Positions 1 to 10,686 of a stretch of DNA of 64,000 nucleotides are shown piece by piece. Where the stretch lies: positions 12,472 through 76,471 of the forward strand of contig WTZU01000002.1 in assembly GCA_009889625.1 (NCBI GenBank), given 5' to 3'. The DNA is from Candidatus Hikarchaeia archaeon HikBin5. Lineage in GTDB: Archaea; Halobacteriota; Halobacteria; Halobacteriales; Hikarchaeaceae. The position numbers and the translations under genes were made by a program. Position 1 is the stretch's first letter. Every line of letters starts with the position of its first letter. Under the pieces are notes generated by a model that searched no databases, was not told where the DNA came from, and was given only the letters and a program-made list of their open reading frames with translations.

Positions 1-1
1 G

Positions 2-241
2 TTGAATTCGTACATGGTAGGAGTAGATGGGTCCAGGAAGTGGTTTGAAGTTATTCTTGTAGATCCGAACCATTCTGCTATTCGAAACGATAAAGATCTA
101 AATTGGATTTGCTCAGATGCGCATAGAGGGAGAGCAAATAGAGGACTTACGAGTGCAGGAAAGAGAGGGAGGGGATTGCAGAAGAGGGGCAAAGGATCAG
201 AACATACTAGACCTAGTAGAAGTGCAAACAGAAAGAAGTAG
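2..241 (+). CDS. rpl15e: 50S ribosomal protein L15e, C-terminal part (5' truncated by window edge)
   Basis: [26 protein letters not shown]...HRGRA.RGLTSAG is the L15e signature. Confidence 0.95.
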   Translation: MNSYMVGVDGSRKWFEVILVDPNHSAIRNDKDLNWICSDAHRGRANRGLTSAGKRGRGLQKRGKGSEHTRPSRSANRKK

Positions 242-248
242 TTTTTAG

Positions 249-629
<381 letters not shown>

Positions 630-739
630 AATTCGGCATAATAATTGTCTAAATTTTTTGAAGGAATATCGTAAAAAATGCGTGTTATCGGTGGAGGGTA
701 AATTAGTTACATTTACACGCTAGGGAAGCACATACAGAG

Positions 740-1615
740 ATGATGGATAACAACAGTTCTGACATCGATATTGTTGTATTAACGAAGGGCGTGCCGGACT
801 TTCGAGAAGGAATAGTTTCATTTGATGAGCATGGACACTTGGAGAGGGGCAAAACTCCAACTGTCATGAATCCCAACGACCGCTTTGCTATGAGAGCGGC
901 CCTACAGACAAAAGTTCGTAGTGGTGGGAAAATTACAGTGATGAGCATGGGGCCTCCAGGATACAAAGAAATATTGCAAGAAGCCATGAACATCTATGCT
1001 GACGAATTGTACTTACTATCGGACAGAGAAATGGCAGCAGCAGACACATGGGCCACTGCCATAACCATTTGTTCAGCAGTGGAAAAACTTGACCCCACTC
1101 CAGATATTATTTTTGCGGGTTTTAAAACAGCAGATGGAGAAACGGGACATACGGGCCCCCAAACTAGTTGGGCACTTGAATGGCCAATAATCACACATGT
1201 AGTTAGTTTGGATGTGGATGTGAATGCGAGGAAGATAACAGCAAAAAGACTGGTTCAAGGAGATATTAAAGAGATAGAAACAGTAGAAGTAGATCTGCCT
1301 TGTTTTGTAATACCAGATCCAGAATTTGAAGCGGAATATCCAAGGGCTTCGCATAGGTTAAAATTACAAAATTTGACTGAAGAGACGCAAAAAAGATCTG
1401 AATCTTTTGAAGATACATTAACTATGTGGGACCATAAAGAATTGAATTTAGATCCAGATTTCATTGGCCTAGACGGATCCCCAACTATTGTTGGACGGGT
1501 GGATCCAATTCCAAAGGCGCCTTCAGATAGAGAAGCGAAGGTTCTAGATATAGAAACTAAGGGTGGGTTGGAAGAAGTACTGGGAATAGTAGCGCCTTTT
1601 GCGGGGGAGAAGTAG
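740..1615 (+). CDS. etfB: Electron transfer flavoprotein beta subunit (FixA)
   Basis: KGVPD, MNPND..A, SMGPP, SDR..AAADTWAT, DGETG.TGP, GLDGSPT motifs. Confidence 0.93.
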   Translation: MMDNNSSDIDIVVLTKGVPDFREGIVSFDEHGHLERGKTPTVMNPNDRFAMRAALQTKVRSGGKITVMSMGPPGYKEILQEAMNIYADELYLLSDREMAAADTWATAITICSAVEKLDPTPDIIFAGFKTADGETGHTGPQTSWALEWPIITHVVSLDVDVNARKITAKRLVQGDIKEIETVEVDLPCFVIPDPEFEAEYPRASHRLKLQNLTEETQKRSESFEDTLTMWDHKELNLDPDFIGLDGSPTIVGRVDPIPKAPSDREAKVLDIETKGGLEEVLGIVAPFAGEK

Positions 1616-1616
1616 C

Positions 1617-3416
1617 ATGACAATTGATCCAAAAAAATTAACTATTGGGAAATTAGTGAAAGAGATTTCAAAGATAGAAAATGTCGAAGAATTGAACAAT
1701 ATACTAGTAGCAGAAGGAGAGGGCAAGGGTCGAAAAGGAGCGATAAGTGCGATTACAGAGCGCATTGGTAGTTTAGGAGATGATGAAATAAAGGAAGGAG
1801 ATATATTTGATCCCACTTCTCATGATATTCGAGAGATAGGTGCTGCGATCAAAGAGATAGAAGATGTAGAGATTTTAAAATCGATTTTAGATCTTGAAAA
1901 ATCGGGTGAGGGTAGAGCGAGTGCGATGGTATTGATCGAGAGTAGGATAAAGAAATTCTCAGAGAAAAATGTAGAAGGTGATCTCGATCTCAAATCGATG
2001 ACAATTGCAGGTATAGCAAATTCAATAAGGGCAATTGAAAGTGCAGATGAATTGAGAGAGTTGCTTACTCAAGAAGAGAGCGGAGAGAACAGAGTTGCAG
2101 TTAAAAAACAAATACAGAATAAAATAGAATCGATAGAAGGGATTGAAATACTCGAACCAATAGAGTATATTGCACCCGAAGAGAAGTACCCATATCTAAA
2201 TCATCCGACAGCAGATAAAAAGCATGTTCGTGCGTTAAAAGAGGGAAAATACGAAGATATGTGGGTGTATTGTGAAACGCAACGTGGGGAACTTATCGAT
2301 GTATCTAGAGAGATGTTAGGGAAGGCCCGGGAAATGATGGACAAATATAATCAGGATTACAAGGCAAAGGAGCGAGTCATAGCCGTTTTAATTGGGAAAG
2401 ATATCGCAGGTTTGGCAGAAGAATGTATTGGGCATGGGGCAGATGTTGTGATATATACAGAACATGATTCTTTGTCTCGTTTTATTCATACCGCCTATAC
2501 AAAAATTTTCTGTGACATGTCTCGTTCCAAACCGGAATGGAAAAAATATGATGAGCCAAGATATGTTATTTTTCCTGCGACAAATAATGGGAGGGATCTA
2601 TCGGCACAAGTACAAGCTGAACTAGATTCAGGTCTAGCTTCAGATTGTTCGGATTTATACATAGAAAACATAGTAATTACAAATCCTGTGAAAACGGGCA
2701 TGCCAGGAGCTAAGAAAAACTTTGAGAGAGTGCTCCATATGAAAAGGCCTGATTTCTCTGGATTTGAGTATTCCACAATCCTTTGTTTAGACAACCCACA
2801 CAGAGAATTTCATCCACAAGGAGCATCAGTCATCCCAAGGAGCTTCCCTGTTGGAGAATTCAATTCTGACAGAAAAGGAGAGGTATTTTGTCATGAGATG
2901 AAAGTTGAAGACGGGTGGGTTGATGTTGCAATCGTCGACAATGAAGAGGTTGAAATGGGGGTGGATTTAGCAGAATATGAAGTCATAGTATGTATGGGAA
3001 GAGGAATTGGAAAGGACCCCACAGGTGGAATTGATCTAGGATTGGAACTTGTAAGTATGTTTGATAATGCAGAATTGGGGATAACGAGAGGGATAGTTAC
3101 GTCCTCATACACCTTCGAAGGGAGAGTGGAACAATATGCAAAAGAAGAGAGACAGATAGGAGAGACTGGTCAGTGGATAAGTCCAAAATTATATATTGGA
3201 CTTGGAGTTTCGGGTGCCATTCAACATAAAACGGGGATGGTAGATTCGGAAATCATAGTCGCAATAAATGAAGATGAAAATGCAGATATTCGGGAGTTTG
3301 CAGATTATTTCATACATGGGGATTTATTTGAAATAATTCCCAAATTGGTAGAAGAGTTGAGTGTAGGGAAAAGTGGCCTAACAAAATTTATAAAGGGAGA
3401 AAAAAATAATGCATGA
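1617..3416 (+). CDS. etfA: Electron transfer flavoprotein alpha subunit (FixB) with ~170 aa N-terminal repeat extension
   Basis: PAT.NGRDL, SGLASDC, QIGETG..ISPKLYI..GVSGAIQH..GM..S..IVAIN.D..A.I...ADY motifs; ATG 1 nt after etfB stop. Confidence 0.92.
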   Translation: MTIDPKKLTIGKLVKEISKIENVEELNNILVAEGEGKGRKGAISAITERIGSLGDDEIKEGDIFDPTSHDIREIGAAIKEIEDVEILKSILDLEKSGEGRASAMVLIESRIKKFSEKNVEGDLDLKSMTIAGIANSIRAIESADELRELLTQEESGENRVAVKKQIQNKIESIEGIEILEPIEYIAPEEKYPYLNHPTADKKHVRALKEGKYEDMWVYCETQRGELIDVSREMLGKAREMMDKYNQDYKAKERVIAVLIGKDIAGLAEECIGHGADVVIYTEHDSLSRFIHTAYTKIFCDMSRSKPEWKKYDEPRYVIFPATNNGRDLSAQVQAELDSGLASDCSDLYIENIVITNPVKTGMPGAKKNFERVLHMKRPDFSGFEYSTILCLDNPHREFHPQGASVIPRSFPVGEFNSDRKGEVFCHEMKVEDGWVDVAIVDNEEVEMGVDLAEYEVIVCMGRGIGKDPTGGIDLGLELVSMFDNAELGITRGIVTSSYTFEGRVEQYAKEERQIGETGQWISPKLYIGLGVSGAIQHKTGMVDSEIIVAINEDENADIREFADYFIHGDLFEIIPKLVEELSVGKSGLTKFIKGEKNNA

Positions 3417-5070
3417 ATACGAACACTATGAAGCGATAGTAGTAGGAGCAGGCCCAGGTGGTGCTGCTGCTGCTGCGGTATTGACAGAGAATGATATTGA
3501 GACAATTGTGTTGGAAAGGGGAATAGAACCAGGATCAAAAAATGTTTCTGGTGGACTTATATACGCAGAGAATTCTGCCCCATACACTATCGACGGCCTC
3601 TTTCCAGAGTTCAGAAGAGAAGCTACAGAAAGGCCAATAACGGAATACCAACTTCACAATATATCAGGAGAGAAGGTTGCTTCATTTGATTTAAAAGGAC
3701 TTCACGAGTATGATACGAAATGGTGTGATTCGGTGCTTAGGAGGAAAATGGATTCTTGGTTATCAAAAGAAGTGCAAAGTAAAACCCAGGAAACAGGAGG
3801 AGGCCTGATAAATGGAATACATGTAAATGGATTATTGAGAGATGAGAATGGGAAGATTGAGGGAGTGACTTGTGACGAGATAGATCCAATTACAGCAGAT
3901 GTGGTGATTGCAGCGGATGGAGTAACATCTGAATTGGCTCGATCTTCGGGTTTGATGGATTGGGAACGTCCAGAAGAATGGTTCCAGGGTGTGAAAGTGG
4001 TCGTAGATCTAGAAGATGTGGACAATGTATTTGATCTGGAACCAGAAACTGGAATTGCCCACTTATTTTCAGGAGATCTTTTCGAAGGTGTCAGAGGAGG
4101 AGGATTTTTGTATACAAATCGGGAAACTCTATCAATTGGAACTGTATTTCATTTGGACAGTATCATGGAAGAGAAAGCAGAGAGTCATGAATTATTAAAC
4201 AAACTACTAACCCATCCATTATTGGGACAGTGGCTAAACAAGGATTATTGTGAACTAGAATATTCAGCAAAGCTAGTGCCAGATTCCAAAAAGGCCGCGA
4301 ATCCCAGTCCACACTTAGATCGCCTATTGCTTGTAGGAGATGCGGCAGGTCAAATGCAAGCCCAGGGGCCAATAATAAAAGGAATGAATCATGCCGTTAC
4401 AGCTGGTGCACTTGCTTCTGAAGCTTTTGTAGAGATGAAAAAGAAAGGGTCTGTTGAGAAAGCCGGTGAACGGTATGAATTGAAGCTTCGTCAAACAGGT
4501 CTAATGAGTAAACTCAGACCGCCAATGTATAGTGTCGTCAGGGCAGTTGGAGAGAATAGAGTTGCAACTACGATGGTAGATGGAATATTAACATCACCAG
4601 TTGGTAGGGTGGCAATAAGAGCAATAGGAAAGAGAATGGAAAAGTTATACAACATACCCCTTCTTTCAATGGCAATACCAGATACCGCCACCCCATATGT
4701 TACTCTGCCAACAATAATTGGCCAAGAAGTGGGAGAAATAATTAAGATTAAGAATCCAGTAAGCCCCCCAGAATTGGCAGATAGAATTAGTAAATTGGCA
4801 TATGACACAGATATAGGGAAGCCCCACATCGAACTTCTAGATAATTCATATGCAGCAAGTGGCACTGCAGTAACTGCATGTCCGGTTAGTGCTATTGGAT
4901 TTGGAGGAGGGTGTTATCGTATGGAAGAAGTAGAGGTAAACGGGGAGATTGAACTTCGAATTAGTTTAGATACACAACCTTGTATTGAATGTGGTACATG
5001 TGCAGTGACGGCCACAACTGAATGGAGCAATCCAAGAGGAAACAAAGGTGTCGAATTCAAGTACGGATGA
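3409..5070 (+). CDS. fixC: FixC-like flavoprotein (ETF:quinone oxidoreductase) fused to C-terminal FixX-like ferredoxin
   Basis: VVGAGPGG, ERG..PGSKNVSGG, GGGFLYTN, LVGDAAG; C-terminal CP...CY...CIECGTC...PRG.KGV.FKYG. Confidence 0.9.
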   Translation: MHEYEHYEAIVVGAGPGGAAAAAVLTENDIETIVLERGIEPGSKNVSGGLIYAENSAPYTIDGLFPEFRREATERPITEYQLHNISGEKVASFDLKGLHEYDTKWCDSVLRRKMDSWLSKEVQSKTQETGGGLINGIHVNGLLRDENGKIEGVTCDEIDPITADVVIAADGVTSELARSSGLMDWERPEEWFQGVKVVVDLEDVDNVFDLEPETGIAHLFSGDLFEGVRGGGFLYTNRETLSIGTVFHLDSIMEEKAESHELLNKLLTHPLLGQWLNKDYCELEYSAKLVPDSKKAANPSPHLDRLLLVGDAAGQMQAQGPIIKGMNHAVTAGALASEAFVEMKKKGSVEKAGERYELKLRQTGLMSKLRPPMYSVVRAVGENRVATTMVDGILTSPVGRVAIRAIGKRMEKLYNIPLLSMAIPDTATPYVTLPTIIGQEVGEIIKIKNPVSPPELADRISKLAYDTDIGKPHIELLDNSYAASGTAVTACPVSAIGFGGGCYRMEEVEVNGEIELRISLDTQPCIECGTCAVTATTEWSNPRGNKGVEFKYG

Positions 5071-5428
5071 GAGGTTAAACGACTTTTCGGAAAAAATAGA
5101 GATTCTTGGAAAAGAACTTCAGAAAGAAATTGAAGAATGTCAGAATAGAGATTGGGATTCTGCTTTAGAGTGCCTCATGATGGGTTTTGGACCAATTGTT
5201 GCCATGTACTTAGAAGCCAGAATAAAGGGAAAATTGATCCCCATAACTCAGAATCAATTTGAGAAAATTGAATTGATTATGAACGGATGGTTAGAGATAT
5301 ATGCAAGATATTATGGAGAGGAAATTGAAGCAAATTTTAGTGTCAGAGATGCAGCATTATTATTTTTAGAAACTCATGATATTCAAGACGTAGCAGAGAT
5401 ATTGACTAAAATTCCCAATAAGAATTAG
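5048..5428 (+). CDS. Hypothetical protein, last gene of fix operon
   Basis: 126 aa ORF overlapping the fixC end; resembles small helical proteins that follow haloarchaeal fix operons; start uncertain. Confidence 0.7.
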   Translation: MSNSSTDERLNDFSEKIEILGKELQKEIEECQNRDWDSALECLMMGFGPIVAMYLEARIKGKLIPITQNQFEKIELIMNGWLEIYARYYGEEIEANFSVRDAALLFLETHDIQDVAEILTKIPNKN

Positions 5429-5443
5429 TTCGGAGATTGTGAA

Positions 5444-6106
5444 TTAAATGGGAGAAAGGTAGCTTTCCCATAGATCAAGCGTAATGGAATCTGATTCGGT
5501 GTAAGAAGTCCCCCATAATTCCTGTGCTGAAAATCTGACTTTGTACACTGGTTCGGCCCGGGGAGAACCTTCTACAATAGAATCGGGAAGGGGGAAAGTT
5601 CCGAAAATTTGTTCTATCGTTCCAATTCGTTTCTGTGCATAGGATGGAGACCGGGAATGGCCAAATTTATTGTTGGGGTTTACAAGTACATTATCACCTA
5701 CTTTGAAATTTGGTTTTGTAGATTTTACATCTTTGAGATTGCTTTTTTTGAAAGATTGCAATACTTTTTCAAGTAGATCGGGAATGGATTTATTTTCGAT
5801 AGAGATATCATTCGTGGAATAGAGCTCTATGCGGGAGTTGATCTCAGATTGGGTTAGAATTCCTTTTTCCACCAATAACATTTCAATGCAATCGAGCCAT
5901 TTTTCAAAATAGCTAAGTTGGAGATATCTAGAAGGAGAAATTCGTTCTGCTGCATGTCGTTTTTCATCGACATTGCAAATGCCATGTAATTGAATTATTT
6001 TAGATATTGCAAATGTATCTTTTTCCCATTGTTCGTGGAAGATGGCAGAATCCATTTTGATTGGACCAAATCCATGTGTCCCACCTAAATCATGTATGGC
6101 TTTCAT
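5444..6106 (-). CDS. nthB: Nitrile hydratase beta subunit
   Basis: M..IHDLGG..GFG; RHA.ERI.P..YL..SYFEKW; GHSRSPSY...R.G.I; Y.VRF.AQELWG; DLWESYL. Confidence 0.9.
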   Translation of the reverse strand: MKAIHDLGGTHGFGPIKMDSAIFHEQWEKDTFAISKIIQLHGICNVDEKRHAAERISPSRYLQLSYFEKWLDCIEMLLVEKGILTQSEINSRIELYSTNDISIENKSIPDLLEKVLQSFKKSNLKDVKSTKPNFKVGDNVLVNPNNKFGHSRSPSYAQKRIGTIEQIFGTFPLPDSIVEGSPRAEPVYKVRFSAQELWGTSYTESDSITLDLWESYLSPI

Positions 6107-6147
6107 ATATTAGATAAGAAGGCATTGGTGTTTAATAAAATAACTGG

Positions 6148-7284
6148 TTATTTTGGTGGAAGGATAACTTGTCTAATTGCAGCACCACCTTCTTCTAATG
6201 ATTCCATTGCTTCATTTATTTCAGAAAGTGGTCGTTGACTACTGATCATTTCTTTTAAAGACATATGACCCGCTACGACTAAATCTGCCAACATAGGTAT
6301 CGCCGTTTGGAGACTGTAAGATCCGTTAAAAGATCCAATTATAGATTTTTCTCGTACTACCATCTCATATAAATTGAGATTGACAGTATGTTTTTTTGCA
6401 GGAGTGGTCCCAACCAAAACTACAGACCCCATGGAGTGGAGAGAATCTGCCGCTTGCTCTACAACTTTTGGATTTCCAACAACATCGAATGCGTAATCGA
6501 CTCCACGGCCGTCAGTTATTTCTTTAATTCTGCTTACTGGGTCTTCTTCACTTGCATTAATTGTGTGTGTTGCACCCAGGTTTTTTGCTACTTGTAGTTT
6601 TTCTGGAATCATATCTACTACAATGATGGTTACGGCACCACGGACGACTGCTCCTTGTAGTGCGCTTAGGCCGACTCCACCAGCTCCGAAAATGGCGACA
6701 GAGCATCCAGCTTCAATATTGGCAGTGTTCATAACTGCCCCTGCTCCGGTGAACACGCCACACCCTAAAAGTGTTGCTTCTTCCAATGGGAGTTTGTCGT
6801 TTATTTTAATTGCGACTTCTTCAGTTACATTGGTAAATTGTGTGAATGAAGACACCCCGTGGCAATGGTATAGTTGTTCCCCCCCTCTAGAGAACCTACG
6901 TTCTCCAGTTCGGAGAGTCCCTGCATGTCTAGATGTTAGTCTTGCGTTGCATAAATTTGATCTTCCTTGTCGGCAATATTCACAAATCCCGCATGCTGGC
7001 CTTCCAAGAACCACATGGTCACCGGGAGATAAAGTGGTTACAGATTCTCCTACTTGACGTACGATGCCCGCTCCCTCGTGCCCCATTACAAGAGGATATT
7101 GTTCATTTATATTCCCCAATGCCATTGCAACATCGGTGTGGCATAAGCTCCCTGCAACTATTTCTACAAGAACTTCTTCTCCTTTTGGCTCTTCCACTTC
7201 GATTTCGCAAATGGTAGCGGGTTTTGATTCACTAAATACACCGTTTTTGGTTGGTTTTTCTAGGATGGCAGCTATTGATTCCAT
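6148..7284 (-). CDS. Zn-dependent alcohol dehydrogenase (class III/aryl-alcohol type, MDR family)
   Basis: LCHTD, GHEGAG, CGICEYC..G..NLC, LLGCGV.TG.GA, FGAGGVG. Confidence 0.92.
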   Translation of the reverse strand: MESIAAILEKPTKNGVFSESKPATICEIEVEEPKGEEVLVEIVAGSLCHTDVAMALGNINEQYPLVMGHEGAGIVRQVGESVTTLSPGDHVVLGRPACGICEYCRQGRSNLCNARLTSRHAGTLRTGERRFSRGGEQLYHCHGVSSFTQFTNVTEEVAIKINDKLPLEEATLLGCGVFTGAGAVMNTANIEAGCSVAIFGAGGVGLSALQGAVVRGAVTIIVVDMIPEKLQVAKNLGATHTINASEEDPVSRIKEITDGRGVDYAFDVVGNPKVVEQAADSLHSMGSVVLVGTTPAKKHTVNLNLYEMVVREKSIIGSFNGSYSLQTAIPMLADLVVAGHMSLKEMISSQRPLSEINEAMESLEEGGAAIRQVILPPK

Positions 7285-7386
7285 AAGAGTTTATTTTTCA
7301 TTTAGGAACTTAACTTCGTTCATAACAACGTAAGATGTAGAGTAAGATGGAAAAGTGATAAATATGTGTATGAGTGCAAAGAGAAT

Positions 7387-8529
7387 ATGACTCGGTTGAT
7401 TACGGAAGAAGACATAAACGAAAATTTGGAAGTAATGGAGATTATTTCTGCGATAGAGCGAATGTTTGTTGGTTTTGGAGAAGGGATGGCTGCGACAAAT
7501 ACACGGGAAGATATTTTAAGTCCCCAGTCAAGTCCAGATGAGAGTGGCAACACCATGTCACATCTATTAAAGACGATGGGAGGAGTGATTCCAGCTCTAG
7601 AAGTTGGTGCGGTTAGGATTAATTCAAATATACTAAAATGGGAAACAAGAGGTGGCAAAAGAACCAAGAGTAAGATACCAGGAGAAACTGGAAAATATAC
7701 GGGTTTGGTATTATTGTTCAGTACCAAAACTGGAGAGCTTTTGGCCATATTTCCAGATGGGATAATTCAAACATATCGAGTGGCTGTGACAAGCGCCATT
7801 GCGGCGAAATATTTAGCTAATAAGGACAGTAGCCAGATTGGGATTCTAGGTGCAGGTCCACAGGCTAGAGCACATTTACTAGCTTTTGAAGACATATTTA
7901 AGATAGAAAATGTAAAAGTATATTCTCCAACTGTGAAAAGTAGAACATCATTCGTTTCTTCGATGGGGAAAGAAAGTAGTGTTGACATAGTTTCCGTAGA
8001 TGCTCCAGAAAAGGCTTTTGATCAGTCCAACATCATACAATGCGCAACTAACTCTCTTGATCCAGTATTCGAAATAGAATGGATTCCCAAGGGGGCCCAC
8101 ATAGGAGTATTAAATCGAAAGGAACCGCCCGTGGAATTTTTCAAAAAGGGGACATTTGATGTATTTGCGCAATCATGGCCAAAGACTAAGATTTATGAAG
8201 AGATTGGAACAGTTGTCAGGGAACGAGAAATGCCAGTGAAAAATATTAATTATTATGTAGTTGGTGACGAGAGCCAGATACCAGAATTTTCTACTAGTAG
8301 TGATCAAAATAGGGGGCAAGTGAACTGGAGCAAAATTCCAAGTTTACATGAGGTGATTTCAGGAGAGGTAAAACGTGAAAATAAAGAACAAAAAACGGCG
8401 TTTTATAACCGAGGTTTTGGGACCCAATTTGCTGCTGCGGGGTGGGCATTGTATCAATTGGCAGAAAAAGAAGACATAGGTCATGTGTTGCCAACACGAT
8501 GGTTTGAGCAAGAACTACAAGGGACATAA
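7387..8529 (+). CDS. Ornithine cyclodeaminase/mu-crystallin family protein
   Basis: VLLFS..TGELLAI..DG....R.A.TSAIAAKYLA, GILGAG.QA..H, CATNS..PV, G.G.QFAA; alternative GTG start at 7366. Confidence 0.88.
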   Translation: MTRLITEEDINENLEVMEIISAIERMFVGFGEGMAATNTREDILSPQSSPDESGNTMSHLLKTMGGVIPALEVGAVRINSNILKWETRGGKRTKSKIPGETGKYTGLVLLFSTKTGELLAIFPDGIIQTYRVAVTSAIAAKYLANKDSSQIGILGAGPQARAHLLAFEDIFKIENVKVYSPTVKSRTSFVSSMGKESSVDIVSVDAPEKAFDQSNIIQCATNSLDPVFEIEWIPKGAHIGVLNRKEPPVEFFKKGTFDVFAQSWPKTKIYEEIGTVVREREMPVKNINYYVVGDESQIPEFSTSSDQNRGQVNWSKIPSLHEVISGEVKRENKEQKTAFYNRGFGTQFAAAGWALYQLAEKEDIGHVLPTRWFEQELQGT

Positions 8530-8617
8530 AAAGAGTAGCAAGAGCCGATTATGATCCAATATTGAATGTGCGTATCGCCCCGATAGTTTTTAGTAGGCAG
8601 ATTGATTATCAAGAGCA

Positions 8618-8911
8618 ATGGCGGAGATCTGCTCAACGTGTGGATTACCTGATGAGCTTTGCATTTGTGAGGATGTGGCAAAAGAATCCCAGGAGATAAC
8701 CATTCGGACAGATACTAGGAGATATGGAAAAGCAGTAACAGTCATTCAAGGTTTTGATCCGAAAGATGTAGATTTAGGAAATCTTTCGTCGTCTCTAAAA
8801 GCCAAGTTTGCTTGCGGGGGTACTGTAGAAAATGGGTCGATAGAGCTGCAAGGGGACCATACCACAGGAGTGGTAAAGTTTCTTCGAGATAAAGGATTCA
8901 ACGTGGGATAA
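8618..8911 (+). CDS. Translation initiation factor aIF1/SUI1 (YciH)
   Basis: [39 protein letters not shown]. Confidence 0.95.
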   Translation: MAEICSTCGLPDELCICEDVAKESQEITIRTDTRRYGKAVTVIQGFDPKDVDLGNLSSSLKAKFACGGTVENGSIELQGDHTTGVVKFLRDKGFNVG

Positions 8912-9004
8912 AAGCAAGATTGGTTATAGAAATTTTTCTTTCGGAGAGGAATCATTAAAGATTAAATGGGTTAGAGACTAATTTCTGACAGGAATAGTAA
9001 ACTT

Positions 9005-9715
9005 ATGTGTGACGATAAATCATATAGAACAGATGGTGGAAAGGGCATTACCGTCCAGCAAGCAGTGGATGCCGCGTATGAAAAAACATTTAGCGGGAAA
9101 AGAACGTATGTGACAGCTTTAGAAACAGATAGATATGACTATAAAGATGTATGGGAGAGCCTCAGAGATCCAGAGAAAAGATTGATCAGAGGGAGTGAAA
9201 TACCAATGAAAGCCAAATCCTCACCCCCACAAGGGTCTCAAACATGGGGGAAGCAATTTGTGAGGCCATGGTCGGGGATTACTCAATCGTTGCAAATGCA
9301 CTACAGAGTACTTGCCCCAGAGGGACATGGAAAAAAGCACTATCATCAGAATGAGGCTATGTTGTACATTCTAGAAGGAGAAGGGTATGAGATTCATGAT
9401 GGGGAAGAATATAAATGGGAAGCAGGAGATCTTGCAATTATAAGAGGAGGAACAGTTCATCGTCACTACAGTTCAGACCCAGAAAATCTATGCAAAGGTT
9501 TGATTATAAAACCAAAGGCAGTATGTCAATTTTTACATCTTTTATACCAAGGATTTGCAGAAAACTATCCTTCGGAGAGGTGTCGTGTGGATTCTGAATG
9601 GACACCCAATGAATTGTGGACAGATAAAAAGCAATTGTACCATGCAGGAGACTTACTAGATACAATATCACACAAAGAAGATGCACAAAAAGAGCGCGTT
9701 AAGGAGAGGATATAA
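9005..9715 (+). CDS. Cupin domain protein A (metal-binding H-x-H-x2-E...H)
   Basis: HGKKHYHQNEAMLYILEGEGYEIHDG..Y.WEAGDL.II.GGTVHRH. Confidence 0.85.
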   Translation: MCDDKSYRTDGGKGITVQQAVDAAYEKTFSGKRTYVTALETDRYDYKDVWESLRDPEKRLIRGSEIPMKAKSSPPQGSQTWGKQFVRPWSGITQSLQMHYRVLAPEGHGKKHYHQNEAMLYILEGEGYEIHDGEEYKWEAGDLAIIRGGTVHRHYSSDPENLCKGLIIKPKAVCQFLHLLYQGFAENYPSERCRVDSEWTPNELWTDKKQLYHAGDLLDTISHKEDAQKERVKERI

Positions 9716-9716
9716 T

Positions 9717-10319
9717 ATGGCAGATAAATACATACACAAAGAAGAAAGGCTATCCTACAATAAAGGTGAAAAGACTGCTTCATACTATGGTGAGGCAATA
9801 GAAACGTCTAAACAAAACCCCATTGCCCAACATGGAAGTGGGCCTGATAAGAAGGTCATCAAGCCAGAAGAAATGCCTTGGGAATATTCTCAACAGGGAA
9901 TATTGAAACATGTAATAAATGAGAAATTAGCAAAGGAATTGGGTGCTTCTGTGAGAGGGACAGACATATACATGCAAGTCATACCCCCAGGAGGCAGATC
10001 TGGGAAACACCGACATATGAGTGAGGAATTAATTTTTGTGATAGAAGGGGAAGGATATGATCTACATTGGGACCCTACACTGCATGTAGGACAAGATGTT
10101 GCTCATTGGACATATCCAGAAGAAGCACTTAGATTTGATTGGATACCAGAAGATGTCATATATATACCGACAAATACAGTTCATCAACATTTTAATAAAA
10201 GTCAAGAAAAGCCTGCAAGAATTCTATGTTGTCAAAATAGACTTTACAATACACTTGGTTATGGAATGGAAGATCTAGAACAATTTGAAAACTCGCCCGA
10301 ATATGAGGAAAATAATTAA
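9717..10319 (+). CDS. Cupin domain protein B
   Basis: IPPGGRSGKHRHMSEELIFVIEGEGYDLHWD...IYIPTNTVHQHFN; ATG 1 nt after cupin A stop. Confidence 0.85.
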   Translation: MADKYIHKEERLSYNKGEKTASYYGEAIETSKQNPIAQHGSGPDKKVIKPEEMPWEYSQQGILKHVINEKLAKELGASVRGTDIYMQVIPPGGRSGKHRHMSEELIFVIEGEGYDLHWDPTLHVGQDVAHWTYPEEALRFDWIPEDVIYIPTNTVHQHFNKSQEKPARILCCQNRLYNTLGYGMEDLEQFENSPEYEENN

Positions 10320-10681
10320 GATTCGATATAAATTAAATCGTTTTCGATGAGAAGTTTATAGGGCTTTAAGTTCATATCAGGAAAGGATAGGCATTTTCCA
10401 GATGGAATGTGATATTGGAGTTGGTGCCAGGGGCAGCTGACAACTTCTCCTTGGTAATCCCATGTTAAGTTGAAATCATTTTCGCGCTTCCCATAAAGAG
10501 TTCCTTCGTGAATTGCACCGTTGTCACATAGAGGTCCATATTGATGGGGGCAAACATTGGGGATTGCATGGAAATTTCCTTCAATGTTGAACAAGCCTAT
10601 TTCGACCCGCCCTATCCTAACTATTTTATGCCCCCCAATAGGAACATCTTTTGTTTTAGCTACTAGGTGTTTTTTTGCCAT
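10316..10681 (-). CDS. Rieske [2Fe-2S] ferredoxin
   Basis: CPHQYGPL...SCPWH with a long insertion between the two boxes. Confidence 0.92.
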   Translation of the reverse strand: MAKKHLVAKTKDVPIGGHKIVRIGRVEIGLFNIEGNFHAIPNVCPHQYGPLCDNGAIHEGTLYGKRENDFNLTWDYQGEVVSCPWHQLQYHIPSGKCLSFPDMNLKPYKLLIENDLIYIES

Positions 10682-10686
10682 GGTGG

